This document shows positions 20,563 to 32,200 of a stretch of DNA of 64,000 nt, one piece after another. Numbering within the stretch: the first letter of the stretch is position 1; the number at the start of each line of letters is the position of its first letter. The translations under genes were made by a program, and so were the position numbers. The notes below the pieces were generated by a model. The model had not been told where the DNA came from. It ran no database searches and saw only the letters and a list, made by a program, of their open reading frames with translations. Source of the DNA: an uncultured Ignavibacteriales bacterium (lineage in GTDB: Bacteria > Zixibacteria > MSB-5A5 > GN15 > JAAZOE01); the NCBI GenBank assembly GCA_964526635.1, contig CAZGLR010000004.1, positions 259-64,258 on the forward strand. The letters are read 5' to 3'.

Positions 20563-21993
20563 TCAATCAGACAGCAGTCTTTCGATCAGGGCGGCGGCGG
20601 AAAGGAGAGCATCATCCTGCATGGCCGGCCCGGTGATTTGAAGGCCGACCGGGAGATCATCTGCCGTTTTGCCGCAGGGTATGGAAATGGCCGGCACCTG
20701 GGCCAGAGCGGCGGGAGTGGTATAAATATCAGACAAATACATAGCCATGGGATCATCGATTTTTTCGTCCTGCATAAACGGCGGCGTCGGAGCCACCGGC
20801 GACAGAATGAAATCAATGTCTTCAAAGGCGGCTTTGAATTCCCGGCGGATAATTTCTCGGACTGTCTGAGCACGGCCATAATAGGCATCATAGAAGCCGG
20901 CCGACAGGGCAAATGTCCCCAGCATAATGCGGCGTTTGACCTCATCCCCGAAACCGTGGCTGCGGGAGGCCGCATACATTTCGAGCTGTCCCCGTTCGCG
21001 CCCGGTCGAGAAACCATATTTGACGCCGTCGAAACGGGCCAGGTTCGACGATGCCTCGGCATTGGCGATGATGTAATAGGCCGGGACAGCATATTTAGTC
21101 GATGGCAGCGATATGGTTTCGATTCGACAGCCATGGGCGCGGATGCGATCGATAGCTTCTTCTATGATTTCGCGCACTTCAGGATCGAGGCCATCGGCAA
21201 AGTATTCTTCGGGAATTCCAAAAGTCAGGTTTTGCACGGCTGTCGGCCGGGCGGGACAGGCGGTGTCAAGTGAGGTGGCATCGTTGACATCCTTGCCACA
21301 GATGACTGAATACAGGAGGCGGCAGTCCTGCACGGTGGTGGCAAATGGTCCAATTTGGTCAAAGGATGAAGCGAAAGCAATCAGACCATACCGGGAAATC
21401 GCGCCATAGGTGGGCCGCAAACCGATCACGCCACAAAACGATGCTGGTTGGCGTACGGAACCGCCGGTATCTGAACCCAGGGCCAACGGCACAACGCCGG
21501 CCGCGACAATGGCGGCCGATCCACCGGATGATCCACCGGGGACATAGCCATCGGCAGTGGGATGCTGGACTGCGCCAAAGGCGCTGTGTTCGCTGGATGA
21601 TCCCATTGCGAATTCATCCATATTGGTTTTGGCAATAATAACCGCCCCGGCCTGTTCCAGTTTTGTCACGACAGTGGCATCGTACTGGGGAATATAGTCT
21701 TCAAGCATACGGCTGCCGCAGGTGGCGGGATGATCACGCACCGAGATATTGTCTTTGACCGCAATGGGGACGCCGGCCAGCGGACCGGGATCGCGGCCGT
21801 CAGCGACCATCTTATCAATTGCCATAGCCTGCTTCAGCGCACGATCGGTGCAGAGATGCAAGATAGCATTGAGTCGCATGCCCTTCTCTACAGCGCACAC
21901 CAGAGCATCCTCGGCGGTTTTATACGCGGAGACCCGGCCGGCCGTGATATCCGCGACCAGCTCGGTAGCCGTGATATGTCCCTTGGCAGACAT
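20563..21993 (-). CDS. gatA: Asp/Glu-tRNA amidotransferase subunit A
   Basis: Amidase signature [43 protein letters not shown]. Confidence 0.97.
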   Translation of the reverse strand: MSAKGHITATELVADITAGRVSAYKTAEDALVCAVEKGMRLNAILHLCTDRALKQAMAIDKMVADGRDPGPLAGVPIAVKDNISVRDHPATCGSRMLEDYIPQYDATVVTKLEQAGAVIIAKTNMDEFAMGSSSEHSAFGAVQHPTADGYVPGGSSGGSAAIVAAGVVPLALGSDTGGSVRQPASFCGVIGLRPTYGAISRYGLIAFASSFDQIGPFATTVQDCRLLYSVICGKDVNDATSLDTACPARPTAVQNLTFGIPEEYFADGLDPEVREIIEEAIDRIRAHGCRIETISLPSTKYAVPAYYIIANAEASSNLARFDGVKYGFSTGRERGQLEMYAASRSHGFGDEVKRRIMLGTFALSAGFYDAYYGRAQTVREIIRREFKAAFEDIDFILSPVAPTPPFMQDEKIDDPMAMYLSDIYTTPAALAQVPAISIPCGKTADDLPVGLQITGPAMQDDALLSAAALIERLLSD

Positions 21994-22008
21994 CAGGATA
22001 ATTGTGTC

Positions 22009-23334
22009 TTACAGCATCGAGAGATATTTATTGATTTCGTATTCGGAAACATGAATACGATAACCTTCCCATTCCACCCGTTTATTGGCCAGCAGCATTT
22101 CAAAGATATGATCGCCCAGTGTCTCGTGCAGCAGTTCTGATTTTTCCGCTTCGGCGATAGCTTCCTCAAGGGTATTTGGCAGCGATTGGATGCCCAGTTC
22201 CTGCCGTTTTTCGATATCCATATGAAAGATATTCTGTTCAATCGGCTCGGGCAGTTTGTAGTTATTCTCAACGCCTTTTAATCCGGCGGCCAGCATAACC
22301 GAAAAAGCCAGATAAGGGTTGCAGGCCGGGTCGGGCGATCGCAGCTCGATGCGAGTCGATTTTTCCTTGCCGACTTTGTACATCGGGACACGGATGAGCG
22401 ATGAACGGTTGCGGCGTCCCCACGAGATATAGACAGGCGCTTCATAGCCGGCCACGAGTCGTTTGTAGGAGTTGACCCACTGATTGGTCACCAGTGTAAT
22501 TTCTTTAATGTGGGTGAGAATTCCGGCCATGAACTGCCGGGCCATTTTGGAGAGGTTGTAGGGATCCTTGCCGTCGAAAAAGAGATTCTTTTCGCCCTTG
22601 AAGATTGACATATGGGTATGCATCCCTGAACCGTTTTCACCAAAGCGCGGCTTGGGCATGAAGGTGGCGTAATAGCCGTTTTCCATGGCCACTTCCTTGA
22701 CAATGAAGCGGTATAACTGGGCGAAATCGGCCATGACCAGTGCATCCTGGTATTTCAGGTCAATTTCCTGCTGGGAGTGAGCTACTTCATGATGAGAACA
22801 TTCCACCGGAATACCGATCGATTCGAGGGCGCGGACAGTCTTCTTGCGAAGGGTGGTGCTGGCATCGATGGTCGGATAATCGAAATAGCCCCCCTTGTCG
22901 ATGATATTCGGGGCGCTGTCATCGGCAAAGTAAAAGTACTCGATTTCCGGGCCGGTATAGAAGGTCTGCCCTTTCTTATCAACTTTTTCGAGAGTCCGTC
23001 GCAGGACATGGCGCGGGTCGCCGGCATAAGGCTCGCCATGCGGGGTAACAATATCACAAAACATCATCGCCACCCGTTCGCCGCCGATCAGCCACGGAAA
23101 GATACGGAATGACCGAACATCCGGGATGGCCATGAGATCCGATTCCTCGATACGAACAAAGCCTTCAATTGAGGAACCATCGAAACCCTGGCCGCCGTCG
23201 AGCGCATCCTCGATTTCCGTTCGGGTCAGAGCCAGTCCTTTGAGTCGTCCCAAAATATCAGTGAAGCACAAACGGATATATTTGACACCCTCCTGATCGA
23301 TTCTATCGAGGACATCTTCGGTGGTTTTAACCAT
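22009..23334 (-). CDS. glnA: Glutamine synthetase type I
   Basis: FDGSSIEGF, HHEVA, TFMPKP, NGSGMH, NSYKRLV, NRSSLIRVP, RIELRSPD; start set at ATG 23334 behind AAGGAG. Confidence 0.96.
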   Translation of the reverse strand: MVKTTEDVLDRIDQEGVKYIRLCFTDILGRLKGLALTRTEIEDALDGGQGFDGSSIEGFVRIEESDLMAIPDVRSFRIFPWLIGGERVAMMFCDIVTPHGEPYAGDPRHVLRRTLEKVDKKGQTFYTGPEIEYFYFADDSAPNIIDKGGYFDYPTIDASTTLRKKTVRALESIGIPVECSHHEVAHSQQEIDLKYQDALVMADFAQLYRFIVKEVAMENGYYATFMPKPRFGENGSGMHTHMSIFKGEKNLFFDGKDPYNLSKMARQFMAGILTHIKEITLVTNQWVNSYKRLVAGYEAPVYISWGRRNRSSLIRVPMYKVGKEKSTRIELRSPDPACNPYLAFSVMLAAGLKGVENNYKLPEPIEQNIFHMDIEKRQELGIQSLPNTLEEAIAEAEKSELLHETLGDHIFEMLLANKRVEWEGYRIHVSEYEINKYLSML

Positions 23335-23485
23335 GGTCCGACTCCTTTGCCATACGCTGACACCCGCGCCAGGTGATCTGCAGTTTCCGGGTAAATGTAA
23401 AACACTAATTACGCAGGGGGTCTTCAAAAATAGTATAAAAAAATGTGACGTTTTATGGTGTTTTTTGGGGTATCAGAAGCCGTGA

Positions 23486-25054
23486 CTAACTGCGGCGGCG
23501 GTGGACGATTTTGCCATCGAAAACGGTCATTGAAATACGGGCCTGGTGGATTTGCGATAGCGCCATTGTAAAAATATTGTCTTCCAGAACAACCAGATCG
23601 GCCAGATATCCCGGACTGATTTTGCCGAGGTGGTCTTCCCGGCCGGCAGCATAGGCAGCTCCGGAAGTGAAACCAGTGACCGCGGCCGTAACGGACAGGG
23701 CTTCTTCGGGATAGAATTTGCCGCTGCGCTCACCGGGGGCATTACGATTCACTGCGGCATGGATGCCCTCGAGCGGATGCAATGGTTCAATCGGACAATC
23801 CGACCCGAAGGCCAGCGGAATACCACGTTTTAGAAGGGTCTTGAAGATATAGGCGTTTTTCCCACGGCGTCCCCAGTGGCGATCAACTATGATTCGATCC
23901 GAGGGGCAGTGACTGGGCTGCATGGAGGCCACGACACCGAGCCGTTTGAATAATGCAATATCCCGTCGGTCGATAATCTGGACATGTTCAATACGGTGCC
24001 GTCGCTTCCGTCCGGCCTTTTCAAAGGCGGTCAGGACATTGGCTACCGCCTGATCACCGATGGCATGGACCGCACAATTCAAATCATGCTTAGTGGCAAA
24101 GGCGACCTGCGAGGTCAGCTCGTCAGGATCGGTCACCGCCACACCGACTTCCCGCGAATTCTGATAGGGCTGTTTCATCAGGGCGGTTCGGGAACCAAGG
24201 GCGCCATCGGCAAAAATTTTGACCCCGCCGATATTAAGGTTGTCGTCGCCATAACCGGTGGTCAGGCCCTTCTCGGCGAGTTCATGGCTACGTTTAACGG
24301 GGAAATAATAGGTTACCCGGAAGCCCAGGTTGCCGTCTTCATGTCGCCGGCAAAAATACTCCCAGCCATCGGGGCCATCGAAGGAATGAAACCCGGTTAC
24401 GCCCCGGCTGCGGGCGATAGTTTCGACTTTTTTCCAGAGAGTATCAATCTCCTTCTGATCTTTTTGGGGAATGTGATTCATCACTGCCGAATAGGCGGCG
24501 GGTTCGCGGAGAATGCCGGTCGGCCGGCCAGTAGCGGGATCCCGTTCAATTTTCCCGCCGATGGGGTCTTTGGTTTTCGCTGTGATACCGGCACGGCGCA
24601 TGGCAGCGGAATTCACCCACGCTGAATGCTGGTCTTTACTATAGAGAAAGGCCGGCCGGCCGCCGGTGACGGTATCCAGATCTTCTGCAGTGGGAAGTCG
24701 ATATTCCGTCCAGCTGTCCATCGCCCATCCTTCCCCGGTGACCCATTCGTCAGGTTTCAACGTTGAGGCAAAACCCTTGATTTTTTCGAGGACGGCTTCG
24801 TATGATGGCAACCCGAACAAGTATACCCGGGCCAGGCTCAGCGCCCAGAAATAGAAATGGGTATGGCTGTCGATCAGACCGGGTATGACGGTGCGGCCGT
24901 CGAGGTTGACACGGCGTGCTTTGGGGAATTCGCCGATGAGATGATCGTCGGTGCCGATAGCGACAATGCGGGCGTCTTTGATGGCAACAGCGGAAGGGCG
25001 GCACCTGGTGCGATATCCGGGATAGATAAGGCCGTTATGAAGCAGCAGTGTCAT
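23486..25054 (-). CDS. Amidohydrolase family 3 (YtcJ-like) metal-dependent hydrolase
   Basis: [48 protein letters not shown]; start overlaps selB end. Confidence 0.9.
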   Translation of the reverse strand: MTLLLHNGLIYPGYRTRCRPSAVAIKDARIVAIGTDDHLIGEFPKARRVNLDGRTVIPGLIDSHTHFYFWALSLARVYLFGLPSYEAVLEKIKGFASTLKPDEWVTGEGWAMDSWTEYRLPTAEDLDTVTGGRPAFLYSKDQHSAWVNSAAMRRAGITAKTKDPIGGKIERDPATGRPTGILREPAAYSAVMNHIPQKDQKEIDTLWKKVETIARSRGVTGFHSFDGPDGWEYFCRRHEDGNLGFRVTYYFPVKRSHELAEKGLTTGYGDDNLNIGGVKIFADGALGSRTALMKQPYQNSREVGVAVTDPDELTSQVAFATKHDLNCAVHAIGDQAVANVLTAFEKAGRKRRHRIEHVQIIDRRDIALFKRLGVVASMQPSHCPSDRIIVDRHWGRRGKNAYIFKTLLKRGIPLAFGSDCPIEPLHPLEGIHAAVNRNAPGERSGKFYPEEALSVTAAVTGFTSGAAYAAGREDHLGKISPGYLADLVVLEDNIFTMALSQIHQARISMTVFDGKIVHRRRS

Positions 25055-26933
25055 CGAAGTGCGGTCCTTTGACACGGATATCGCCCTCGCGACGGGTGAT
25101 ACCCAACTGGTCGAGATGCTCCAGCACCGGCAGGGCGTATTTTCGGCTGGTTTGAAAACGGTCCCGAAATTCGGCTAATGCCAGCATATTGTCTTTATTC
25201 AATTTACTCCGGACAAAAGCCATGACATCTTCCCAGAGATCAGCCAGGATAATATACGTATCGCTGATGCTTATCAGACGGCCCTGATCACGCAGGAAAC
25301 GGATAGTCCGTTCGCCATCGGGAAATTTCGATTTGATTTCAGCGTATTCGGGATAGGCATGTCCGGCTGATTGGAGCATGTGTTGGATCTGCTCGGCCTC
25401 GTGTTTCATGTTTTCACCGAGATGCGGTGAAAAGCCGGGAAGGTGATAATACTGCCGGGTGCGTTCAATGTTGCCCTGTGCGGTCATATATTCAAGAAGA
25501 TAGATAAACGAGGGAGCCTGCCCCATCTTAACTCGTGAAGTGATAGTCTCGGCAGTCAGGCCCGGCAGATAGGATTTGTTGCGATGGGTCTTTTCCAGTT
25601 CTTTTATTATTGCCTCGATAATGGGTTGCACGCGTTCGGTCACGCCGACGCGATCTCCTCCGGCAATCAGCGTTTTCGATGAAATTAGATTATCAATAGT
25701 CTGCTGAATATCATGATCGGAGAAATTACACAGCTTAAGAAGATCGCGCCGTTCTGTCATAATCGCCTTGTTCAATTCCGTCAGCACCAGTGATTCGATA
25801 GAGGTAGTATCACGGTGATCCAGATGGTCTCGCAGATGAGGCAGGAGCTTGCGACGCGGATACAGGTCAAGAATATCGACGATAAGCCCCCCGCCGACTG
25901 TTACCGGGGGTGTTGGCAGGCGGAGAATGAAGCGGTCGCCGACGAAGGCGGCCAGCGGTTGTTCGACTTTGATGATGGCAAAATCGGATTGTCCCGGTAA
26001 AATGCCCTTGTCCGGGAACGGCCGTATGATACCGGTCGTTTCGGTAGTCCCCAGGATCAAAAGCACGTGGCGGCCTTCGGTTAGCGGGACGATCGAGTCG
26101 GACAGATTGGTAATTTTGGCAGCGATGTAATAAGCGGGCGATGGCATCGGGAAACTGGTGATGACATCACCCCGCCGGATATTTTCCTGATCAATGCCGC
26201 CGACATTAACCGCGACCCTGCTTCCCGGTCCGACCCGGTCAACCTGTTTGCCATGCGCCTGCACTGTACGAAGCCGTAATTTTTTATTCGAGGGGACGTG
26301 ATAGGCATCGGAACCGGTGACAAAGCCGCCGCCGCGGCTGGTGCCGGTCACCACCACCCCGATACCGGTAAGGATAAATGATCGATCGATGAAAAGCCGT
26401 GTTTTGCCGATATCATCGACGTCGCCGAGAGTTGTGGCGATGGCATCGATTTCGGCGATTACGTTATCGACATGTTCGCCGGTGGTTGCCGACACCGGGA
26501 TAATCGGGCAGTTTTCGAGAAATGAACCGCGTAGTTTTTCCTCGATGTCGATTGTCACCAGATCACGCCAGTCTTTGTCGACCAGATCGATTTTGGTCAG
26601 CGCTACGAAACCATGCTGCAATCCCAGAAGCTGGAGTATCGCCAGGTGTTCCTGAGTCTGAGGCATCCAGCCGTCGTCGGCGGCAATCACCAGCATGGCG
26701 GCATTGATTCCCCCGGCGCCGGCAGCCATGTTGCGCACGAACCGTTCGTGGCCGGGGACATCAATAATGCCGATTTCGGTCCCCGAGGGTAATTGAGTCC
26801 AGGCGAAACCAAGATCGATAGTCAACCCGCGTGATTTTTCTTCGGGGAGGCGATCGGGATCGATGCCGGTCATCGCCCGTACCAACGACGATTTGCCATG
26901 ATCGATATGTCCCGCTGTACCGAGTACAAACAT
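25035..26933 (-). CDS. selB: Selenocysteine-specific translation elongation factor
   Basis: [35 protein letters not shown]-terminal winged helix FRD...[13 protein letters not shown]. Confidence 0.97.
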   Translation of the reverse strand: MFVLGTAGHIDHGKSSLVRAMTGIDPDRLPEEKSRGLTIDLGFAWTQLPSGTEIGIIDVPGHERFVRNMAAGAGGINAAMLVIAADDGWMPQTQEHLAILQLLGLQHGFVALTKIDLVDKDWRDLVTIDIEEKLRGSFLENCPIIPVSATTGEHVDNVIAEIDAIATTLGDVDDIGKTRLFIDRSFILTGIGVVVTGTSRGGGFVTGSDAYHVPSNKKLRLRTVQAHGKQVDRVGPGSRVAVNVGGIDQENIRRGDVITSFPMPSPAYYIAAKITNLSDSIVPLTEGRHVLLILGTTETTGIIRPFPDKGILPGQSDFAIIKVEQPLAAFVGDRFILRLPTPPVTVGGGLIVDILDLYPRRKLLPHLRDHLDHRDTTSIESLVLTELNKAIMTERRDLLKLCNFSDHDIQQTIDNLISSKTLIAGGDRVGVTERVQPIIEAIIKELEKTHRNKSYLPGLTAETITSRVKMGQAPSFIYLLEYMTAQGNIERTRQYYHLPGFSPHLGENMKHEAEQIQHMLQSAGHAYPEYAEIKSKFPDGERTIRFLRDQGRLISISDTYIILADLWEDVMAFVRSKLNKDNMLALAEFRDRFQTSRKYALPVLEHLDQLGITRREGDIRVKGPHFDDTAAS

Positions 26934-28315
26934 CAGTCGACCAGAGAGTTTATAGCGTCAATGAGAATCGCGTCCTGTTCGGGCGGGACAGTCCGAATAT
27001 CAAGCAGAAACTCATCATCTTCAACGCGCCCGATAATCGGTGGTTCAAAGGCGCGAAAGGCAGATGCGACTTTGTTGATATTGCCCGAAACCCGAATCGA
27101 TACCGCCAGTGATGCGATGGTTTCATCGGGAGTTGAGCCACCGCCAAGATAGGCCTGTGTGGCTTTGAGGACGATGTCTTTGTCGGGGCAGGCTTTTTTT
27201 ATCGCCTCTCCCCGCAGTTTGAGATCTCCGACCGGGACAGTGATCATCCGCCAGATGGGGAGATCATCGTGCCAGGTACCGTTGAGATAACTTTGCAGTG
27301 TTTGCATCAGGAGGGAAAAGATAATTTTATCGCAGCGCAGGGCGCGGAACATCGGATTGTTTTTTATTCGCACAATATACTCATCGCGCCCGATAATCAG
27401 GCCGGCCTGCGGACCGCCAAGGAGTTTATCGCCGGAAAAGCATATGATATCCACGCCGGAGCGGACAGCCTCGGCAATAGTCGGTTCGCCTGATTGCATA
27501 ATTCCCGGGGGTAGCTCAGTCAGTCCCGATCCAAGATCGAAAACAGTCGCGATGTCATGTTCATCACCCAGCCGGGCAAGAGCATCCGGCGGGGTTTCTT
27601 CCACAAATCCCCGCTGCGAAAAATTAGAGCGATGGATTTTCAGGAGCATCGCGGTGCGGTCGGTGATGGCGGCGGCATAATCATCGACTGAAGTGCGATT
27701 GGTGGTGCCGACTTCAATGAGCCTTACGCCGGCTTTTTTCATTATCTCGGGTATTTTAAAACCGCCGCCGATCTGGACCAGTTCGCCTCGTGAAATTATG
27801 ACCTCTTTGCGATAACCCAAAGTATTGAGAATAATCAGCAGGGCGGCAGCATTGTTGTTTACGACAGTGCCATTTTCAGTACGACAATATGACGCCAGCA
27901 GGTTTTCGATCAGGATGCCGCGCTTCCCGCGCCGTCCGGTTTTAAGATCGAACTCAAGGTTGGTGTAACCGCTGACCAGCGATGCGGTCTTTTCCAGCAT
28001 AGCCATCGGTAATGGCGATCGGCCGAGATTGGTATGAATAATAATCCCGGCGGCGTTGATTACCGGCTGCAGGTCGTGGCGGGTTAGCGCCGAGAGCGAA
28101 GTGACAATCGCCTTCTGCAGTTTGGCCTGCGACCATGATGATGTCTTTTCCTGAAACTCCGTCTTGGCCGTTTCAATGACCTGCCTGATATGATCGACAA
28201 CCAGGGGCCGGCCACAAATTCGAATGAAGGGCTCGAGTTCCGGCATGGAGGCGACTATTTCAACTGAGGGAAACTCGCGCAGGCCGGCATATGTGCGCTG
28301 GGGATCACTGGTCAT
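26933..28315 (-). CDS. selA: L-seryl-tRNA(Sec) selenium transferase
   Basis: HTNLGRSP, VNNNAAA, SRGELVQIGG.F, EVGTTNRT, DLGSG, FSGDKLLGGPQAG (PLP lysine); start likely ATG 28315. Confidence 0.97.
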   Translation of the reverse strand: MTSDPQRTYAGLREFPSVEIVASMPELEPFIRICGRPLVVDHIRQVIETAKTEFQEKTSSWSQAKLQKAIVTSLSALTRHDLQPVINAAGIIIHTNLGRSPLPMAMLEKTASLVSGYTNLEFDLKTGRRGKRGILIENLLASYCRTENGTVVNNNAAALLIILNTLGYRKEVIISRGELVQIGGGFKIPEIMKKAGVRLIEVGTTNRTSVDDYAAAITDRTAMLLKIHRSNFSQRGFVEETPPDALARLGDEHDIATVFDLGSGLTELPPGIMQSGEPTIAEAVRSGVDIICFSGDKLLGGPQAGLIIGRDEYIVRIKNNPMFRALRCDKIIFSLLMQTLQSYLNGTWHDDLPIWRMITVPVGDLKLRGEAIKKACPDKDIVLKATQAYLGGGSTPDETIASLAVSIRVSGNINKVASAFRAFEPPIIGRVEDDEFLLDIRTVPPEQDAILIDAINSLVD

Positions 28316-29237
28316 AGACGATTTCCAGCAGGAGGCGGCCAACGGCATCAAGCGACTCAGGACTGCATTTATCAGGCGTATCGGCGATGGTATGCCAGGC
28401 GTCGTAGTCGAAGTCGATCAGGACTACAGCGGGGATCCCGGCGCCAATTAATGGAATATGGTCATCGATGATCTCGTCCTGGCGGCCGGGTTGAAATTGT
28501 TCCAGTTCCAGACGGGCGGCGGTTTCGAAAATCATATCGTTGAGTTTCGGATGATGCCGATCCGAGAACACCTCCCGCGTGATAACCAGATCGCTGTCGC
28601 CGATCATGTCGATTACGATGCCGAATTCGTAGTCGGTTTCATTGGTGCGGGCGAAATACGTCGATCCGATCAGGTACTGGTCGATTTTCCCCGGCGGGCC
28701 ATAGTCTTCGGCATCGAAAAGGACCAGGTCAACGCCGACTGCCGGAGGTGTTTTTATCATCAACTCGGCCAGGTGCAACAATACGGCGGTACTGGAGGCG
28801 CCATCGTTTGCGCCCGGAATCGGCTGATGCCGTTTGGCGGGATCGGGATCGTAGTCGGCCCGCGGCCGGGTATCATAATGCGATCCCAGCAGGATACGCT
28901 TGGGGGTATCCGGATTTATATGCAAAATCCAGTTCACCAATGGGATGGAATCATCCTGCATGTAATCATAATAGAAAAACGGTTGCCGGGTCAATTTGAC
29001 GCCGATCGAATCGGCAAAGTTCCTTACGAGGGCATGAAAAGTACGCCATCCGGGCGATTCGGGATTGCGCGGACCCATTTCGCATTGCCGTTCAAGTAAT
29101 GCAAATGCCCGGTCGGCATCGAATTCGGGCGGTTCAACCGTCGGCCCCGATGCGCAGGAGATAAGCGCCAAAAGACCGAGACTGAAAAGGGCGATTATAC
29201 CCGTGCGCCGGATGTTGCGTGTTTTAATAAGATTCAT
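28305..29237 (-). CDS. M28-family zinc lipoprotein, probable glutaminyl-peptide cyclotransferase
   Basis: Lipobox LISC; SHYDTRPRAD, GANDGAS, FDAEDYG, DMIGD, DDH, WHT motifs. Confidence 0.75.
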   Translation of the reverse strand: MNLIKTRNIRRTGIIALFSLGLLALISCASGPTVEPPEFDADRAFALLERQCEMGPRNPESPGWRTFHALVRNFADSIGVKLTRQPFFYYDYMQDDSIPLVNWILHINPDTPKRILLGSHYDTRPRADYDPDPAKRHQPIPGANDGASSTAVLLHLAELMIKTPPAVGVDLVLFDAEDYGPPGKIDQYLIGSTYFARTNETDYEFGIVIDMIGDSDLVITREVFSDRHHPKLNDMIFETAARLELEQFQPGRQDEIIDDHIPLIGAGIPAVVLIDFDYDAWHTIADTPDKCSPESLDAVGRLLLEIVYDQ

Positions 29238-29244
29238 GCCTGAA

Positions 29245-29273
29245 AAAGTAGGTTGCGGCCGGGTAAAGGTCAA
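29245..29273 (-). promoter_or_regulatory. Putative sigma70 promoter giving a leaderless transcript for M28-selA-selB
   Basis: TTGACC-17 nt-TACTTT ending 7 nt before ATG 29237; no Shine-Dalgarno. Confidence 0.5.
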
Positions 29274-29285
29274 ACTGTTTTTGTC

Positions 29286-32200
29286 TTAAAAGCGCATCTC
29301 GACCGACATCCGCAGTTCCCGGGTATGCCGCTTGGTCTGTGTCGCCAGGTCATTAGTATCCTGCCAGCGGGCGTCGAGACTGCCCTTGATAGTTGAGGAA
29401 AAGCTGTAGGTCAGCGACGGATGAATATCCAGACTGGTTCTCTTGGAGCGTTCGAGAAAGGCAAAATCGGTAGTCGGCCCGGCTTCCTCATCGCGGGTGA
29501 CTTTATAGCTGACATCGAGGCCCATCGTCAATGTTGACTGGAACTTGACCCTGCCAAAAAGCGGCAGTTTGATACCCAATGGATTGCGGTAACTGTAGCT
29601 GGTGCCGAAGACAATGCTGTTGGAATACGATTTAACTGTCTTGCTGACACCACCGGAAGACTTATTGTATTGCCAGGTCGTGGTTATCGACGATTCATAT
29701 CGGAAGCTGGTTTTGAGTGACTTAAACGGGGCGAATGAAATCGATACCAGCGGCGAGAACGCCTTTCGCTCGGATTCGGACTGAATATAGTCCGACTCAG
29801 TCTGGATTCTCGATTCGAAGGTCCGGGAGTAACTGCTCGACGGCGACAATTCATTGATCAGCGTGCCGAGAATCCATAGTCCCTTAACACTGCGGAAACT
29901 GAAGCGTACTTCCGGCCATTTTTCGGTTTCATTACGATAGGGCGTTCCCTGGAAGGTCTCACTGATCGATTTCGAGTAAGAGAAATCGGTCGTGACACCT
30001 CGGAATATCGAAAGCCCCGATCCGGCTGTAAATGCTTTATTTACATTTCGGGTCTTTCGAATAGTACCCCGGAATCCGGAAACTTCGCCCGCACCGGGAT
30101 CGTCGGTGAGACCTAATCGGAAAAGCATTGACGCTTTATCGGCCAGCGCCGGGTAAGTTTGGTCTTCACTGAAGGTAATCGAAAAGTTCGGCGATTTGAC
30201 AGCGTCGGTAATATAGCGAACCCCGGTCAGGACAGTCTTGTAAGCATCGGAAAAGACAGAGCCTGATTCACTACGACTGGCCTTGCGCCGGGTATTGTTG
30301 GTGCCGAAGAATTTATCCAGAAGAAATGAAAAATCAGCCCCGGCGGTCGTTCGCAAACCTGCATTGTAATAGAACGAGGAATCGGAATTGATAGTCAGAT
30401 TGTCATTGTACCGTGCCGAGTAGTTGAACTTATGGGTCAGGAACTTAAACAGGTTTGGCGTATAAGCGCCTGTAAAGTTCTGGTTATAATTGTTTTCGAC
30501 ACCCAGCTTGAATTCCCGCGGTTTAAAGAACGTCAGGTTGAGCGTTTCGGGATCGCTCAAATCGCGTTTGGTGGTAAAGCTGTATGATCCGCTCAGGTTG
30601 TCGAAGATTTTGAAGCTGGCATTAAGGGTTCCCGTGAAATCTTTTCTCAGCGATACCGGATTGGTCCCGTTCTGATTCAAGGAATTAGAAAAAGAACCAT
30701 TGAACGATCCCGACACCGTCAGTTTCGTCGGATAAAGATAGAGCCGTGTCTTATGCAGATTAAACGGCGACCAGAGCAATTTGAGCCATGAGAGCGGCGC
30801 TATTGTCGGCGGCTTGTTCAGCGACATATTATAATTGGCCTGTGCCGTGTAGCTTTCGCTGAAACTGTATGGCCGGGTTGGTGAACGGCTCTCAGTGACA
30901 TTATAGCTGAACGATGGCGCCGTACGACTCAACAGCACTTCGTAGAGCAGATTGTTCGGCTTTTTATTAAAACTGATACTGGCCCGGAAGCCCTTGTTAA
31001 TCGAGAGAGTCGTCTCATCGTCTTTGAATTCTTCCGGTACCGTTATATCCGAATTCGCTTCCAAAAGCGGCTCATCGCGGCTTTGCGCCCAGTTGAAGCT
31101 GACCGGCAGTTTCATTTCCCATGATCGCGGGAAAAGGCTGTGAAGGTTGACTGTTCCGGAGAAGGCGTAATTGGTTCTGGTTTTTCCCGAACCGAGATTA
31201 TCAGCAGCACCGCCCTTGGTGGCGCTGGATACGCCGCGATAGAAGGCATCCTGATAGGACCATGAGCCATTATACGTCATCAGATCAGACAGGTTACCGC
31301 TGACTGAGAAGCGGGCGGCCACGCCACGGTCATCGCGCACGTCGGTCAGACGCAATTCGTTGACCCAGACATCGCTGGTGGCTGGATTGTTGGGATCAAG
31401 ATTGACAACACCGACCGCGAAGTATTGGATACGCGTCAGGCTCGGATCGGTTCCCCGCTGGTTGATTTTCACCAGGTAGTTGCCCTCCTGACGAATCAGC
31501 GAGGAATCGGTGCCCTCTTCCCGATCCTTGAGAAGCCGTGCTTTCAGACCGGTGATTTCATCGAAGTCAATGACAACATTATTGGCCAGCCAGCCCGGTT
31601 GAAGGGTATCGCGGTATTCATAATAAGAGTTTTTGTCGGTGCCCATGCGAAGAAAGAAAAGTACCTTCTGACTGGCGATGTTCTCATCGCCATGGACAAA
31701 CATTTCCAGTTTTCTATAGCCCTTGTAATTCTGTGCCCGGAATAAAGTGCGCACGGCCAGACCGGTATCCGAAGCCAGGATCAATCCCGAGTCGGGATCA
31801 TTGACCAGAATACCGGCGCTGAGATCCTTAAATGTCAGGAGTAACGACTGTTCTTTTTCCTGGATATTAGTCGCCTGATCAAAGAAGCCGGTGACGCCGG
31901 GCGGCGCTTCATATCCGCCATCGATTTGATTGTTGATGACCGCAACATCGAAAGTGGAATTACTGCGAAGCGAGTCAGCCAGGTACGTTGAGTCGGCCCA
32001 GGCGGTGGACACCAGATCCATTTGTGCAATTGTTATGTTTAGCGCCCCGCCAAAGGTCCTCGTATATTCGTTGCCGGCACTGTCGATCCAGAGACGGGCA
32101 AAACGGATGTTGGCCCAGTCGGGATTACCGATGATGGTATCCATGGCGGTGACATCGCGCAGGGGAACACGAATAGTCCGCCAGCCGGTGTTCTCATCGC

